44,819 nt of DNA from Chiloscyllium plagiosum (GCF_004010195.1 NC_057759.1:3188834-3233652), one strand, 5' to 3'. Shown: positions 11,585 through 23,713, counted from the stretch's first letter. Program-made: numbers and translations. Notes: a model not told the origin generated them from the letters alone.

Positions 11585-12454
11585 TTAAATAAACGGACAA
11601 ATAAACAAATTGTTCAACTGCTTTCGGAATTTGGTCTGGGTCACTGCATAAATAAACGTATATGTACAACAACTTAGTATCCGCAACATGGAACCCAATA
11701 TCTGAACAATGTTGCCCCGATAAATCTTCACATTTCCAAAATACAACGTTCTTCCTCATATGGAATACGCCATAAAATGATGAAATTTGAGGAGAGTACA
11801 AACAATAAAATAATAGATTTCCTGCGATTTGTTATTTCCGGTCCTTTGGGATTTTCACCACTGCCATGCGCCAGGTGTCTTCTCCGTGCTCTGCTGGTCC
11901 TGATAATGTGCTTGACAGTAAAAATATTCCGCAGCAGGATCAGCATGAATGGAACCCCGGGTGTTATAAAGTGATTTATGATCTCAGTCATTATCCATAA
12001 ATGTAATGTCTGTTTGGCGGACATTACTAAACAAAATGGAATGATGTACGACAAAATATATTGATCTGTGAATAGGAAATACCAGAAAATATTCTTTCTG
12101 CAACTCACAGCAGTTACTGTTCCAAGGACCACAGCTGCAGTTTTCTTAGTGCAATATTTACATTTCAACTTCTGACAACAAATTGCAACAAAAAAAAATC
12201 AAAATTAAAAGCCCTAGTGCATCAGACAGAATAATCAGTGGCTGCATAATTTAGGACTGCATGAATATTACACACACGAATGGAATACCGCAGGTGATAA
12301 AACTCTTTGTGGAAAGTCTGTGGAATATCCCTCAGTAGCACATCTAGGATAATGACCAGAAGGTCTGCCACTGCTATTGCCACCAAGTACCGGAAAACAC
12401 ATTTGGAGGGACCACATTTTTCCCATGAAAGGATCGCAACAGCTATCACATTGA
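11585..12454 (-). pseudogene. Exon 2 of a GPR139/GPR142-like class A GPCR pseudogene (expanded chondrichthyan family)
   Basis: Pyrimidine tract and AG acceptor at 12456-12455. Reads NVIAVAILSWEKCGPSKCVFRYLVAIAVADLLVII..CNIHAVLNYAATDYSV*..FD(fs)FVAICCQKLKCKYCTKKTAAVVL..TPGVPFMLILL..RRKSIILLF..ILW(fs)..LSCCTYTFIYAVTQTKFRKQL. Lesions: TGA at 12224-12222, a frameshift in the T-run at about 12190-12198 that destroys the DRF motif, and a frameshift plus stop at about 11770-11758. Confidence 0.9.
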
Positions 12455-12789
12455 CTGAGTGCAAGGGAGATAAAGAGGGGAATTAGGCTGTGAGCAGAAC
12501 GTATTGTTTAAAAAGTGAGGAAGATAGTCAGGCATGGGATTCCCCTTCTTAAAGAAAAGGGAAGAACCCAGTCCCATTTGCTCTTATGGGTCCAGGAGTG
12601 ACAGGTTGCACTGGGGTGGGGGTGGGTGGGTGGGAAATGCTGATGCTGTGATTGTAAAGTTAGAGAACATCACAAACTTCAGCACAAGATGGATGGAAAA
12701 AAGGAAAATCAACAGAGACAGAGAGATATAAAGAAAGGGGATAACTTGACTATGAGCAGAGAGAGTGAGGGGACAGTGAAAGTTGCAGA

Positions 12790-13497
12790 GGTTTGGAGTG
12801 ATGCTGTACAAAGAGTTCTTTGACAGTGGAGCAACAGGTAAATAAGATAGTGAAGAAGGCATTTGGTATATATTCCTTTGTTGATCAAAGCATTGAGTAT
12901 CCATTGGGAGAACATGTTGCAGCTGAACAGGACATTGATCAGGCCACTTTTGCAGTATTATGTGCAATTCTGGTCTCCGTGCTATAGGAAGGACGTTGTG
13001 GAACTCGAAATGATTCAGAAAAGATGTGGCCACGTTTGGAGGATTTCAGGTTAGGATTTCAGGTGGAGAGGCTAAATAGGCTGGGGCTATTTCCCCTGGA
13101 GCGTTGGAGGCTGAGGGGTGACCTTATAAAGGTTTATGAAATCATGACGGACACGGATAGGGTCAATATACAAGGTCTTCCTCCTGAGCTGGGGGACTCC
13201 AGAACTAGAGGGCATAGGTTTAGGGTGAGAGGGCAAACACAATAAAAGGACCTAAGGGGCAAATGTTACACGCAGAGCGTGGTGCATGTATGGAATGGGA
13301 TGCCAGAGAAAGTGCTGGAGGCTGGTGCAATTGCATTTAAAAGTCATCTGGATGGGTATGTGAATAGGAATGTTTCAGAGGGAAATGGGCCAGGTGATGG
13401 CAAATGGGACGAGATTAGGTTAGGATATCTGGTCGGCATGGACGAGTTGGATCGAGAGGTCACTTTCCGTGATGTACATCACTATGACTCTATGACT
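12790..13497 (+). mobile_element. CR1 LINE 3' fragment (intronic)
   Basis: LIRPLLQYYVQFWSPCYRKDVVELEMIQKR, LGLFPLERWRLRGDLIKVYEIM and VWNGMPEKVLEAG, with a CTATGACTCTATGACT tail. Confidence 0.93.
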
Positions 13498-13782
13498 TTC
13501 TAACATTATTACAGATCGAAATTATACGATATACATTAGCAAACCAGTTAACACCGAATGAAAGACCAAGAGGAACATTTGCAGAAAGAATGAGCGCAAA
13601 ATGGTCGGCGGGATAACTCCGCAGTAAGAATTACCATATGGTGATATAGAGAACAATTTTGACATCAAAAATGAGTTCAAATTGAGATCAACAAGAAAAT
13701 CAGCAGACAGTTAGTGTGGAGTGAGAAACTGAGGAAACATTTGAAGAGAGTCTCAGTGACGATTCAGAGACAAAGCGTACAC

Positions 13783-13803
13783 AGAGAGAGAGAGAGAGAG
13801 AGA
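13783..13803. repeat. (GA)n microsatellite
   Basis: About 10 AG/GA units visible directly. Confidence 0.9.
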
Positions 13804-14249
13804 ACACCAGATAGTGATGGAACGTTACATTCCCTGAAAGAGTCAGTCAGTAGTGAGAGACTAATGGCAGCAATATTAAGGTGTGGATGATGAATAACTA
13901 ATGAAGACGAAAATCAGGAGGGGCATAGAATGCACAATGAGAGAACAAGAAGAATTGTTCTAATGATAGAGAGAGAGAGAGTCAGCCAGAAAATCCTCTG
14001 TTGAATCCAGCAACATTTTTTTACAGACGTTTTCTTTGACCAGCTCCTTCAAACAGACTGCTTGCATAAAGCCAAACCAAACCAAGCCAGAAAATAACTA
14101 TGAACTGGGAGAAATCGTCACGCTATTTCATTATACAAGTGTTCTAAAAGTAACTCAAAAACCTTGTCATGTCGATATTTCTAGACATACCAGAACCTCT
14201 GCCTTTGCAGCATCATCACAATAATAAGTTATACCGGCAGATCGTGCCA

Positions 14250-15030
14250 TAAAAATGCATCAGGGCAGCAGAACAGAGAGCAGAATGCAGTGCAGCAGTT
14301 GCAGAGAAGGTGCACAGGGTGTTCAAGATTGTTACATTGTAACATTGTATCCTGCACTCCGTCCTTCTACCCTGATGCACCTGCATAATGAGATCTATCT
14401 GTAAACTCGTAAACCAACACTTTTCACTGTACATCGATGCACATGACAGTAATAAATCAAATCAAATCATTTGAGAGGTCAGTTCAGAACTAATATCAGC
14501 TGGGAAGAAGCTGTTCTTGAATCTTTCCATATGTGTTTTCAATCTATTATTTTTTTTAATAAAAGTAATAGTGGGATTTGGGCATGGCTGGTTCGCCAGC
14601 AGTCATTGCTCGCTCTTGGTTGCCCTTGGGAAGGTGGTGATGAGCTGTTATCTTGAACTGCTGCAGTCCATCTGCTATGGGTTGACCCACAATGCCATTA
14701 GGGTGGAAATTCCAAGATTTTGACCAACGACAGTGAAGGAATACTGATATATTTTCAAGTTAGGATGGTGAGTGGTTTGGAGGGGAACTTGAAGGTGGTG
14801 CTGTTCCCAAATATCTGCTGTCGTCGTCCTTCTCGGTGGAAGTGATTACAGATTTGGGAGATGGTATATGAGAACCTTTGGAGGACGGAATATGGTGGAA
14901 GAGGGTATAACTGAGGTTGGAGGAGACTTTCATTATTTTGGTTGCTTTTTCGAGGCAGCAGGAAATACAGATGGAGTCAATGGATGAAAGACTTTTCTGC
15001 GTGATTGGCTGGGTGTGTTAGTGACCTTTG
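14250..15030 (-). mobile_element. Old non-CR1 LINE 3' region (possibly Rex1/Babar-like), interrupted by two insertions
   Basis: Segments 14250-14330, 14470-14555 and 14883-15030 resemble a LINE 3' region. A plus-oriented tail of the same family ending AATAAATCAAATCAAATCA sits at 14331-14469. The clade assignment is from recall only. Confidence 0.45.
14560..14882 (-). mobile_element. LINE 3' end, second CR1-like family (family B)
   Basis: Clear similarity to the reverse complement of 19150-19460 and to 41625-41950 (GCCCTTGGGAAGGTGGTGATGAGC..CCCACAATGCCATTAGGG..GGATGGTGAGTGG..GAACTTGAAGGTGGTG). Confidence 0.8.
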
Positions 15031-15055
15031 AATACAGTGGAGCAGATTTGAGTCT

Positions 15056-15183
15056 AGATTAGATTAGATTACATTACAGTGTGGAAACAGGCCCTTTGGC
15101 CTAACAAGTCCACACCGACCTGCCGAAGCGCAACCCACCCATACCCCTACATTTACCCCTTACCTAACACTACCGGCAATTTA
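15056..15183 (-). mobile_element. HE1-type SINE 3' fragment
   Basis: (GATTA)n tail plus CAGTGTGGAAACAGGCCCTTTGGCC..CCCATACCCCTACATTTACCCC, near-identical to 22646-22775. Confidence 0.9.
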
Positions 15184-15184
15184 T

Positions 15185-16975
15185 TGAAGAGTAGCTAAAT
15201 TGGTGTTTCACCTGGAAGCTGTGTCTGGAGCCACAGACATTGAGGATTGAGGAGAATGTAGCGAGGCGTTGGGAGTGGAGGAGGAGAGGAAAACTTTGTC
15301 CCGGAGAGACCAGTCCTTGTAAGGTGCTGACACAGAAGTGGATGGGAATATGTCTCTGGAGGTGGCTTAACAGGGGCATTGTTGGAAATGCTCGTCTATG
15401 ATTCTTTGGATGTGGATCCCAGTGGGATGGAAAGTGAAGACCAGGGGACACTATCAATGTCGTTGGAAGAAGGAGAAAGGGTGACAGACAAAGTGCAGGA
15501 AATGGGTCAAAAATAGCTAAAGGGCTATCTTAAACATAGTGCTAAAGAGTGTTTGAGGAGAAAAGTGAAGATCTCTGAAACTCATCCCCGCACCCCTCCC
15601 CCCTTCCCCCTTCCCTCCCTGCAGAAGGCTGCATACTCAAAAAAGATGCGATAGAAACGGAGAAACTGGGATAATGGAATTGAGTCCTTACTGGAAGCAA
15701 GGTCAGAGAATGTATCATCCAGATAGCCATGGGAGCTGGTGGGCTTGTGGGAGATACAGGCGTTCAGTAATTGAAATAGAAATGTCGAGGAATAGAGAGC
15801 AGGAGTCAGATAGACCAGATTAAGGGGAGATCTGGCTGGATATTGACGTACTTTCTCATGTCCAAATGGGAGAGTGGAACAGCACTGACGATGACATCAA
15901 CTTAACAGAGAAAGAGTTGTCTGTAGGGCCAAAGTAAGATTCAACAAGGAATGGTCCACATACCTCACAGAGGGACAGGAAGAAATGGAGCCCATGTAGG
16001 TACCCGTGACCAGTCTTTGAAATTGACAAAAGTGAGAGGAGTTAAAGGAGATTTTCGTCAGTGAAGATGTGCTTAACATGGTGGAGGAGGATGGTCTAGA
16101 AGGAAAGTATTAAGTCTTTTCTCTGAGGGAAAAACCCTAAGACCATTCTGATGCAGGATGGGCATGTAGAGGGATGGCAGGTCCATGGTAAGAAGGAGGA
16201 GTATGGTGCCATGAAACTGGAAGATTTGTAATTTACATAAATCATCAAACGAATCACAGGTTTATGTGGCCAGGGAATTCGACACGGAGAGAGAAAAACA
16301 ATTCAAGTTCGGAAATAAGTTGTGTCGGGCAGGAACAGGTGTAACCAATTATCCTAGATTGGGCTGGAAGTCAGAAGCAGGCTGTATGCATTTAGGGGAA
16401 TGTGCGACTGGAGGTTGTGTGGAGTATAGGGGAAATGTCCAGATTACATGGGATTGCGAGTGCCGTGTTAGACGGTGGGGCCATGTTCTGGGGGAAATAG
16501 AAAAGGGTTCAAAGAGCTGGCACTCTGCTTCCACAATGTAGAGGTCAGTATGTCAGGCAACAAGAACACCACTCTTGTCAGCAGACTTGGTTGAACAATT
16601 TGGATTGGATCTGAGAGCATGGAGTTGAGTCAGTTCAGAAGAGCATATGGTCAAATGGGCATATATAAGTTATGGTGAACAATACAACATAACGAATTGT
16701 CAAAAGGACAAAAAGGTTGAATGTCGGTAAATGGCCAAGTGGAGGAGCCCAGGTAGACTGAGAGTATTGGAGACAGGTGAAGGGATCTGGAGGGTGGGAA
16801 AGGGATTGTCGTATAAAGATATGGGCACAGAGGAGAATGTGATGGAAGAAGACTTTAACATCATGTCATACCCAAAATTCATTCCATGAATAGGGTTGAG
16901 GTGGGAGAGAGCAATATTCCTAAGAAATTTGCTGAGTACAAAACGATCCACATCAGGGAGTGATGCTTAATGCTC
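15185..16975 (-). mobile_element. Old Penelope-like element (Neptune-type), heavily decayed
   Basis: GTYMGSISSCPSVRYVDHSL (15897..16079) resembles the GTRMGPSYACLFVGFVEQS RT motif at 23150-23230. SFQVKHQFSYSS precedes the GIY-YIG region, and RFVLSK lies near 16940. Confidence 0.65.
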
Positions 16976-17458
16976 AGTGATATGTTATTACCGGCAACAG
17001 GGGTTAGCACTCAGAGAAAGAGTAAGTTGCTACTGGCAGAGGAATAAGGAGCTGCCATACTGCTGTCACCATTTTAACAGTCTGCCTCAGGTGTAAGCAA
17101 AAGAATAGACCAGATTAGACACTGACGACAAATGTGAGAGCAGTTAAGTATGTATTAGGGTAAAGAACAGCAATACGTGAACTTAGCAGGCTAGGCGCAG
17201 AGATAAAATTAACGTGAACCAAGTTTAGGTGAGGATCGAGAAGGCAAGCAGACATCAATGAATCATTTACCTGATCTAGTACCTGGATTTCTATATTAAG
17301 CAGGTGCATAAAAACTAAAGAGATCATGAAATATCACTTGAACAGTGAACACGCAAGTATAGAGAAATGCAAAGAACAGTTACATCAACAAGGATGGCAC
17401 CAAAAATGGCAATCTGTTCAACATGGCTTACAGATGGCATTGTGAGGCGTAGACTCAC

Positions 17459-17600
17459 CAGGGACACCAATAATGCCAAGCATGGGACAGTAAACATAAA
17501 CAAAAACCCAAAGTGCGGCCTCGATTCGATATGTTAACTTCATCCAGTCATCGTCACTGTAAAGAAAGTAAAGCCAGCCAGCGATGCTCCTTCCCATCAT
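17459..17600 (-). pseudogene. Exon 1 of the same GPR139-like GPCR gene
   Basis: ATG at 17600 gives MMGRSIAGWLYFLYSDDDWMKLTYRIEAALWVFVYVYCPMLGIIGVP, then a G|GTGAGT donor (GT at 17458-17457). This phase-1 junction joins in frame to exon 2 (G+TC=Val, giving the GVPVN TM1 motif) across a 5004-bp intron. Confidence 0.88.
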
Positions 17601-17735
17601 TGAATTATTTTCCCTCTCACTTTCATTAACTGCATTGATATTCTACTGTATTGCTCTCAATGCTAGCCTCGAATCTATTGACGCACTGGTTTCTGATTGC
17701 TGCAAAGATATTGCTCCTGTTGCCATTTTGTGACA

Positions 17736-17800
17736 ATTGAAGGGAATCCATTAAGAAGCAGTCAGTGAAGCAGCTCACATCTCCCCTAGTGACACAATTA
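17736..17800 (-). promoter_or_regulatory. Candidate homeodomain + O/E(EBF)-like composite sites upstream of GPCR exon 1
   Basis: Minus strand TAATTG-TG-TCACTAGGGGA (17800-17782) and TAATGG-AT-TCCCTTCAAT (17753-17736) share the same 2-nt spacing and lie about 135-200 bp upstream of the ATG. The EBF matches are imperfect. Confidence 0.3.
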
Positions 17801-18474
17801 TGTTCAATTTGACAGCCAAAAATTCCAGTCAATGAATAAACAATTGATGCAGCTCCTTTGAATCAAACAAGTTTTATATCACAATGTATTAGAACTTTGA
17901 CGTGGATGGTGTAGAGATTTGTTTTGCAAACACGCATGGAGGAAATTATTCAATAAGAAGAGAAGGCTTAAACTTAATTATACAGATGTATTTGAATCGG
18001 ATTAAAGAGCTGCATATTTGGCCTGTTTAACGAACATGAAGGCAAGTTTTAATCTACACAGTTAAGCCACCTGACATCAATGATACTGAACGTTAGAAAC
18101 AATATAATCATTATGGATAAGTCAATGTATAAATAAATATTAAAAAAAAGATAAGTCAATGGAAAAGGGCATCTTAACTGCGTGATCTTATTCTGCATTT
18201 TACAAAAATCAATTAGTCCTGAGCCAGCTTATCATCAATGAATCTCTGCTTCTGTCCCTCCGTCACACAATGCCACACAGCGATCAATACTGATCCCAAT
18301 CAACATCGAAGTTACCACTTTTGAGATGCCACCTTTTTCTACTGGACAGATTCTCCTCTGCCACCAAATCACCCATTTGTTGAATTCAAATGTCACAATC
18401 TGTTGGGGTGAGCATCAACTGACGCTTATCTCCTTCTCCTTCACACCACACAAAAGTCTACTTTGCATTTTCCT

Positions 18475-19460
18475 CATGCAGGGTAGTGTCCTAGGCCCAA
18501 CAGTCTTCAGTTGCTTCATTAATGACCTTGCCTCTGTCATAATGTCAGAAGTAGGGATGTTCATCTATGATTGCACAATGTTCAGAATGACTCGTGACTC
18601 CTCAGATACTGAAGCAGTCCGAGCTCAAATAAAAATTTGGACAATCTCTACGCTTGGGCCAACAAGTGGCTAGTAACATTCGCGCCACACCAATGCCAGA
18701 CAATGATCATCACCAATAAGAGACACGCTACCCATCACTCCTCGACAGTAGAATGATTACCATCACGAAATCTCCCACTGTCAACATTCTTGGGTTTTTC
18801 ATTGACCAGAAACTCAACTGGACTCACCACCTTAACACTGTGGCCACAAAAGCCGGACAGAGATCAAGGATATTGTGGCGAGTAACGCACCTCCTGAGAC
18901 GTCACAATCTATCCACCACCTGCACGGCATAATTCAGGAGTGTGATGGAATAATCCCCACTTGTCTGGATGGGTGCTGCTCCAATAACACTCAAGAAGAT
19001 TGATACTATCAAGGACGAAGCAAACTGCTTGATTGACACCACATCTATAAAATATTCAATCCCTTCACCGTCAGCGCTCAGTAGCAGCAGTGCATATTAT
19101 CTATAAGATACACTATAGAAATGTACCAAAGATCCTTAGACAACACCTTCCTATCCCACGACCACTTCCATCTGGAAGGACAAGGGCAGCACGTGGATGG
19201 ACGTGGGAACACCACCACCTGCAAGTTCCCCCCCCAAGCCACTCGCAACCCTAACTTGAAAATATACCGTCATTCCTTTCCAGTTGCTGAGTCAAAATCC
19301 TAAAATTCCCTGCCTTCAGGTATATTGGTCAACCCACAGCAAGTGGACTGCGGCGATTGCAGAAGGCAGTTCCCCACCACCTTATCAAGTGCAAACAGGG
19401 ATGGGCTGTCAATGCTGGCCAGCCAGCGAAACCCAAATCCCACAAATGAACTTTGAAAAA
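18475..19460 (+). mobile_element. LINE 3' fragment, CR1-like family B
   Basis: RT motifs QGSVLGPTVFSCFINDL..MFIYDC (18326..18673), followed by the family-B 3' UTR. Confidence 0.88.
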
Positions 19461-19489
19461 TCACAAAAACACAGAGCAGGTACAAACGG

Positions 19490-20815
19490 GCCAATTATCA
19501 TCTAACATGTCAACTTCTCAATCATAAGTAAAGTGATGGAAGATGTCATCAACAATGCCAGCAAGCAGCACATGCTCATCAATATTCTGCTCAGCGACGC
19601 CCAGTTTGGATTCCGCCAGAACCGTTCAGTTTCGAACTTCATTACAGCCTTGTTTCAAACATTTTTGAAAGTGCTAAATTTCAGAAGTAAGTTAAGACCT
19701 ACAGACCTTGAAATCAAGACTGCAATTGAAAGGAATGGCATCAAGACGCTCGAGGAAAACTGGAATAAATTGGTGTTAGAAGGAAAGCTCTCCGCCGGTT
19801 GGAGTCATATATGGCATATAGGAAGACCGTTGTTGTTCTTGGGAGTCAGTCATCTGACCTCCAAAATGTCTCTAGAGGACTTCCTGAGGATAGTGTCGTC
19901 AGCTCATCTTTATCAATGATCTTGCCTCCGCACTAAGGTCAGAACTGGAGTTGTTCACTGGTGTTTGCACAATGTTGAACAGCATGCTCGACTCCTCAGA
20001 TACTAAAACTGTTCATGTTCAAAAGCAGCAAGATCTGGACAGTATCCAGGCTTGGGTTGACAAATAGCAAGTAACATTCATGGGAGACAAATGACAAACT
20101 ATGGTTATCATCAATAAGAGGCCATCTAACCACCACAATTCATCGCCCCCTACCCCTAGACATTTAATAATGATACAATCACTGATAATCCCTTCTTCAA
20201 CATCCACAGGGTTACCATTGACCAGAAACTCAACTGGACTCGCTACATAAACATATTGGCTGCAAAAGGAGATTGGAAGCTTGGAATACTGCAGCGAGTA
20301 ACTCACCTTTTGATTCCCAAAGTATTTCCACAATCTACAAGGCAGAATTCAGGATTGCCATACAATACTCCTCAATTGCCTGTATTGGTCCACTCCAACA
20401 ACACTCAAGAAGCTTGACACCGTGCAGTACAACGCAACCAGCTTGTCTAGCACCACAATAGCAAGTATCCACTCCTGCCACCACCAATGCTTCGGGGGCA
20501 GCAGAGTGTATCATCAAAAATATACATTGCAGAAATTCACAAAAGATCCCCAAAAAGCAGTTTCCAAATCCACAGTCTGAACGGACAAGGCACCAGATAA
20601 ATAGAACACCACTACAAACATTCACGATCCTTACTTGGAAATATATTGATGTTGGTTCACTGTCGCTTCGTCAAAATCCTGGAATTCTCTCCCTAAGGGC
20701 ATTGTAGGTCAACCCACAGGAGGTGGATTGTAGAAGACAGGTCATTGACCGCATCTCAAGGGCAAATAGGGATAGGCAATATGCTGCTCAGCCTGTGACA
20801 CCCACTTCCAACAAA
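19490..20815 (+). mobile_element. LINE 3' fragment, CR1-like family B (second adjacent copy)
   Basis: LLSDAQFGFRQNRS (19533..19919). Shares CATTGACCAGAAACTCAACTGGACTC and the 3' UTR with 18475-19460. Confidence 0.85.
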
Positions 20816-21254
20816 AATGGGATAAGGAACTCGTAGGACGTGGGCATTAGGAATTTATGAGCGTGTGAGACAAAGAGAAAGAAATGATAAAACGTGAAGG
20901 GAAATAAGTTCTAAGACAACAAAGACAGATACAAAGAGAGAGGGAGAGACTTACTCTCTGTACTTTCTTGCTAATATCCTTCGACATGTTTCAGTGAGCA
21001 TCAGCTTCACAATTATATGTTCCTCACCCATCGTCAGGACCCTTGTTTCTTCCATTCATGTCTGTACGCTTGTAACAACTGAACGGTTTTACAGTCTGGT
21101 CTCAAGAGAGGAGGAGGGCACAGGGATGGGAAGTCTTTCAGTGTGAGGGGGTTTGCAGTAAATGAGGAGGCAGTCAGAGGACGAGGTAGTGGGAGGGACA
21201 CAAGGGCCCCACACCTGTGAAACCACAGCTCCACTCTTTTCACTACCCTTTCAT

Positions 21255-21690
21255 TGCTGTTCATTTATAGGACCTGGGTAACTCTGGCCGGGCTGACATC
21301 TATTGGTGATTCCTTGTTGCTGCCCTTCAGAAGTTTGGATGGGGGAGGGGATGTGATCTCCTTCTTGAGCCGCTGCAGTCCGTCTACTGTGAAGAGGAAC
21401 ATAATAAACTCTAATGGGAGAAAGTCGAGGGTTTTGACTCCACTACAGTGAAAAATGGTCGATACATTTCCAAGTCAAGGTGGTGAGTGGCTCTTGGAGA
21501 GGGGCTTGCAAGGAAGTATGCGTGTTTCTTCGTGTGTTGCACTTTTTAATAAGAAGTAATATAATGTTTAAATTTTTTTCTCATGCTAGTACATGTGACA
21601 ACATATCAAATTCCGTTGTATTCTCATGTATCTGCCATCCTTGTCCTTCGAGATGGAAGTCACCATGGTTTTGGAAGGTTCTGCCTGTTA
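21255..21690 (-). mobile_element. LINE 3' end, family B, old
   Basis: TTCTTGAGCCGCTGCAGTCC..TTTCCAAGTCAAGGTGGTGAGTGGC..AGATGGAAGT..TTTTGGAAGG matches 41700-41935. Confidence 0.7.
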
Positions 21691-22644
21691 ACCCCTGTTC
21701 TTACTTCAGGGAGATGACAGAGAGGCATTGACTCGTAACTGGGACTCTATGAAGGTAATTACTTTAGAGACGACAGGGGTGACAATGTATGTGCCATTTC
21801 TGGACATTGCCGCCGATTACAGTATGCTGCATACCAGTTGCAATCTGAAATCGATTAAATATTTAAAGAAAACACGGGATGTGTGCAATGTAGTGAACGG
21901 ATTTATTCATGATTGAAAAGCGTTGGGTGAGGGCTCGTGAGGACGCACAATATAGATACAGATCCGGACTACAGTAACTGCAGTAACTTCAGGCATTGAC
22001 TGAGATGCCCCTAGCTGAGGCATACATTTGCTCTTTCACGTTCAATGGGTGTAACGTATGCAGCAAAACAAATGAAATAAGCACTTCTTCGAGAACTCGA
22101 ACTCACCAGCGTGACATCCTATAATTCTACATATTCCCCTCGGTTGTTTGGCAGCCAATGGATATATATGAGAAACAAAGGCAAGAGTCAATTGCTGGCC
22201 ACAGTCAGGGGCTGCAACCTTCCCATAATATCATGAGATTTATCCATGAAGTTTAGAGACAAATGTTGCCTCAGCTACTGATAAGCAAACTATATATGAC
22301 GAACAGAGGACATCCCAGGTGGGTAAATCTGTCGATTTGATGTGATCAAGTATAGGTCTTTGGTGGATATCCCTTGAAATGGGGTGTTTTCAGTGGAAAC
22401 AATCTGCTGTTTATTTATTGCAAAGGGAAAAAAATCCGAGAATATTAAAGAACTGAAATGGAGTTGTTCACTCATGGGATATGTCTGCAATTGTTCACCA
22501 AATACATGGTGACTCGATGGTGGACTGCCAGAACTATCACTGGACTCGCCGTCCAGGACGACCCAGCTCATGTTGAAATTTGAATCATATCCAAATGGTC
22601 TAGAGAAGGAAAGGACAATCTACTTCACTAATGTCCATTAGTGA

Positions 22645-22960
22645 AGATTAGATTAGATTACTTTACAGTGTGGAAACAGGCCCTTCGGCCCAACAAGTCC
22701 ACACCGACCCACCGAAGCGTAACCCACCCATACCCCTACATTTACCCCTTACCTAACACTATGGGCAATTTAGCATGGCCAATTCACCTGACCGGCACAT
22801 CTTTGGACTGTGGGAGGAAACCGGAGCACCCGGAGGAAACCCACGCAGACACGGGGAGAACGTGCAAACTCCACACAGTCAGTCGCCTGAGGCGGGAATT
22901 GAACCCGGGTCTCTGGCGCTGCGAGGCAGCAGTGCTAACCACTGTGCCACCGTGCCGCCC
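22645..22960 (-). mobile_element. HE1-type V-SINE, full length
   Basis: Reverse complement of the 5529-5823 copy, with A/B boxes, V core, an intact GGCC-GAAG-GGCC 3' stem-loop and a (TAATC)n tail. Confidence 0.95.
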
Positions 22961-23129
22961 ACTAAGGTTTACTGCTGCCCTTACCTCGTCTGATTTACAT
23001 GTGATAACAGATTCAATGCTTCACTCTAAATGTCCACTGGGCAGTAAGATATAGAATAACAATTGGTTTTGCCATCGACGGCTGCGCCCCATGAACGGTT
23101 ATTGTTCATATCAACTGGTGAGTTTATGG

Positions 23130-23250
23130 TTAAGGTCAGCGTGGCGCTGGAAAAGACGGACTGTTCTACAAAGCCGACAAAGAGACAGGCATAGCTGGGG
23201 CCCATGCGGGTGCCCATGGTTACCCCTTTGATCTGGAGTTTGAAATGGTG
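23130..23250 (-). mobile_element. Penelope RT fragment
   Basis: LQIKGVTMGTRMGPSYACLFVGFVEQSVF in ORF 23026..23415. Confidence 0.85.
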
Positions 23251-23349
23251 TAGAAATATTGTTTGTTGACAGTATGAATTCTTCTGAGAATGTAATACAT
23301 TAGTGATACTTTGCAGTTCTGAGACAGTGTGGCCCTCAGTTGAGGTATT

Positions 23350-23713
23350 CCCCCCCCCCCCCCCCCCCCCCCACCGTACCCCAGTTTCCACCTTCCAGCT
23401 CGGCACCGTCCTCATGACCTACCCCACCTGTTAATCTTCCTTCCCACCTATCTGCTACACCCTCCTCCCCGACCTATCACCTTTACCCCCATATCCATCC
23501 ACCTGTTGCACTCTCAGCTATCTTCTCCTAGGCCCACCCACCCCTTCAATTGAACTCTCCACACCCGTGGCTCCCAGCCTCATTCCTGATGAAGGGCTTT
23601 TGCCCATAACGTAGATATTCCTGCTCCTCGGATGCTGCTGGACCTACTGTGCTTTTCCAGCACACTCTAATCTTGGCACCAATCTCCAGCATCCGTAGTA
23701 CCACTGCTGCCTG
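23350..23713 (+). mobile_element. Penelope 3' UTR/pLTR with mutated hammerhead, preceded by poly-C
   Basis: Reverse complement of the 2180-2600 region. CTGATGA-A-GGGC-TTTT-GCCC-ATAAC-GTA at 23586-23613, with the core GAAA mutated to ATAA. Confidence 0.88.

Noticed and set aside
11728..12168. Functional stand-alone GPCR CDS
   Set aside because: It covers only about TM4-TM6 between two frameshifts of the pseudogene.
21720..22020. Decayed exon 1 and promoter of a second GPCR paralog on the minus strand
   Set aside because: There is only a faint resemblance (GTCCCAG-TTACGAGT versus GTCCCTG-GTGAGT, and a CCCCTAG motif). It has in-frame stops, no canonical donor and no recognisable TM1.
22641..23054. 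Conserved protein ORF (LDCGRKPEHPEETHADTGRTCKLHT; also 5522..5893 and 32736..32924)
   Set aside because: It is the antisense translation of the SINE core, which recurs because the SINE recurs.
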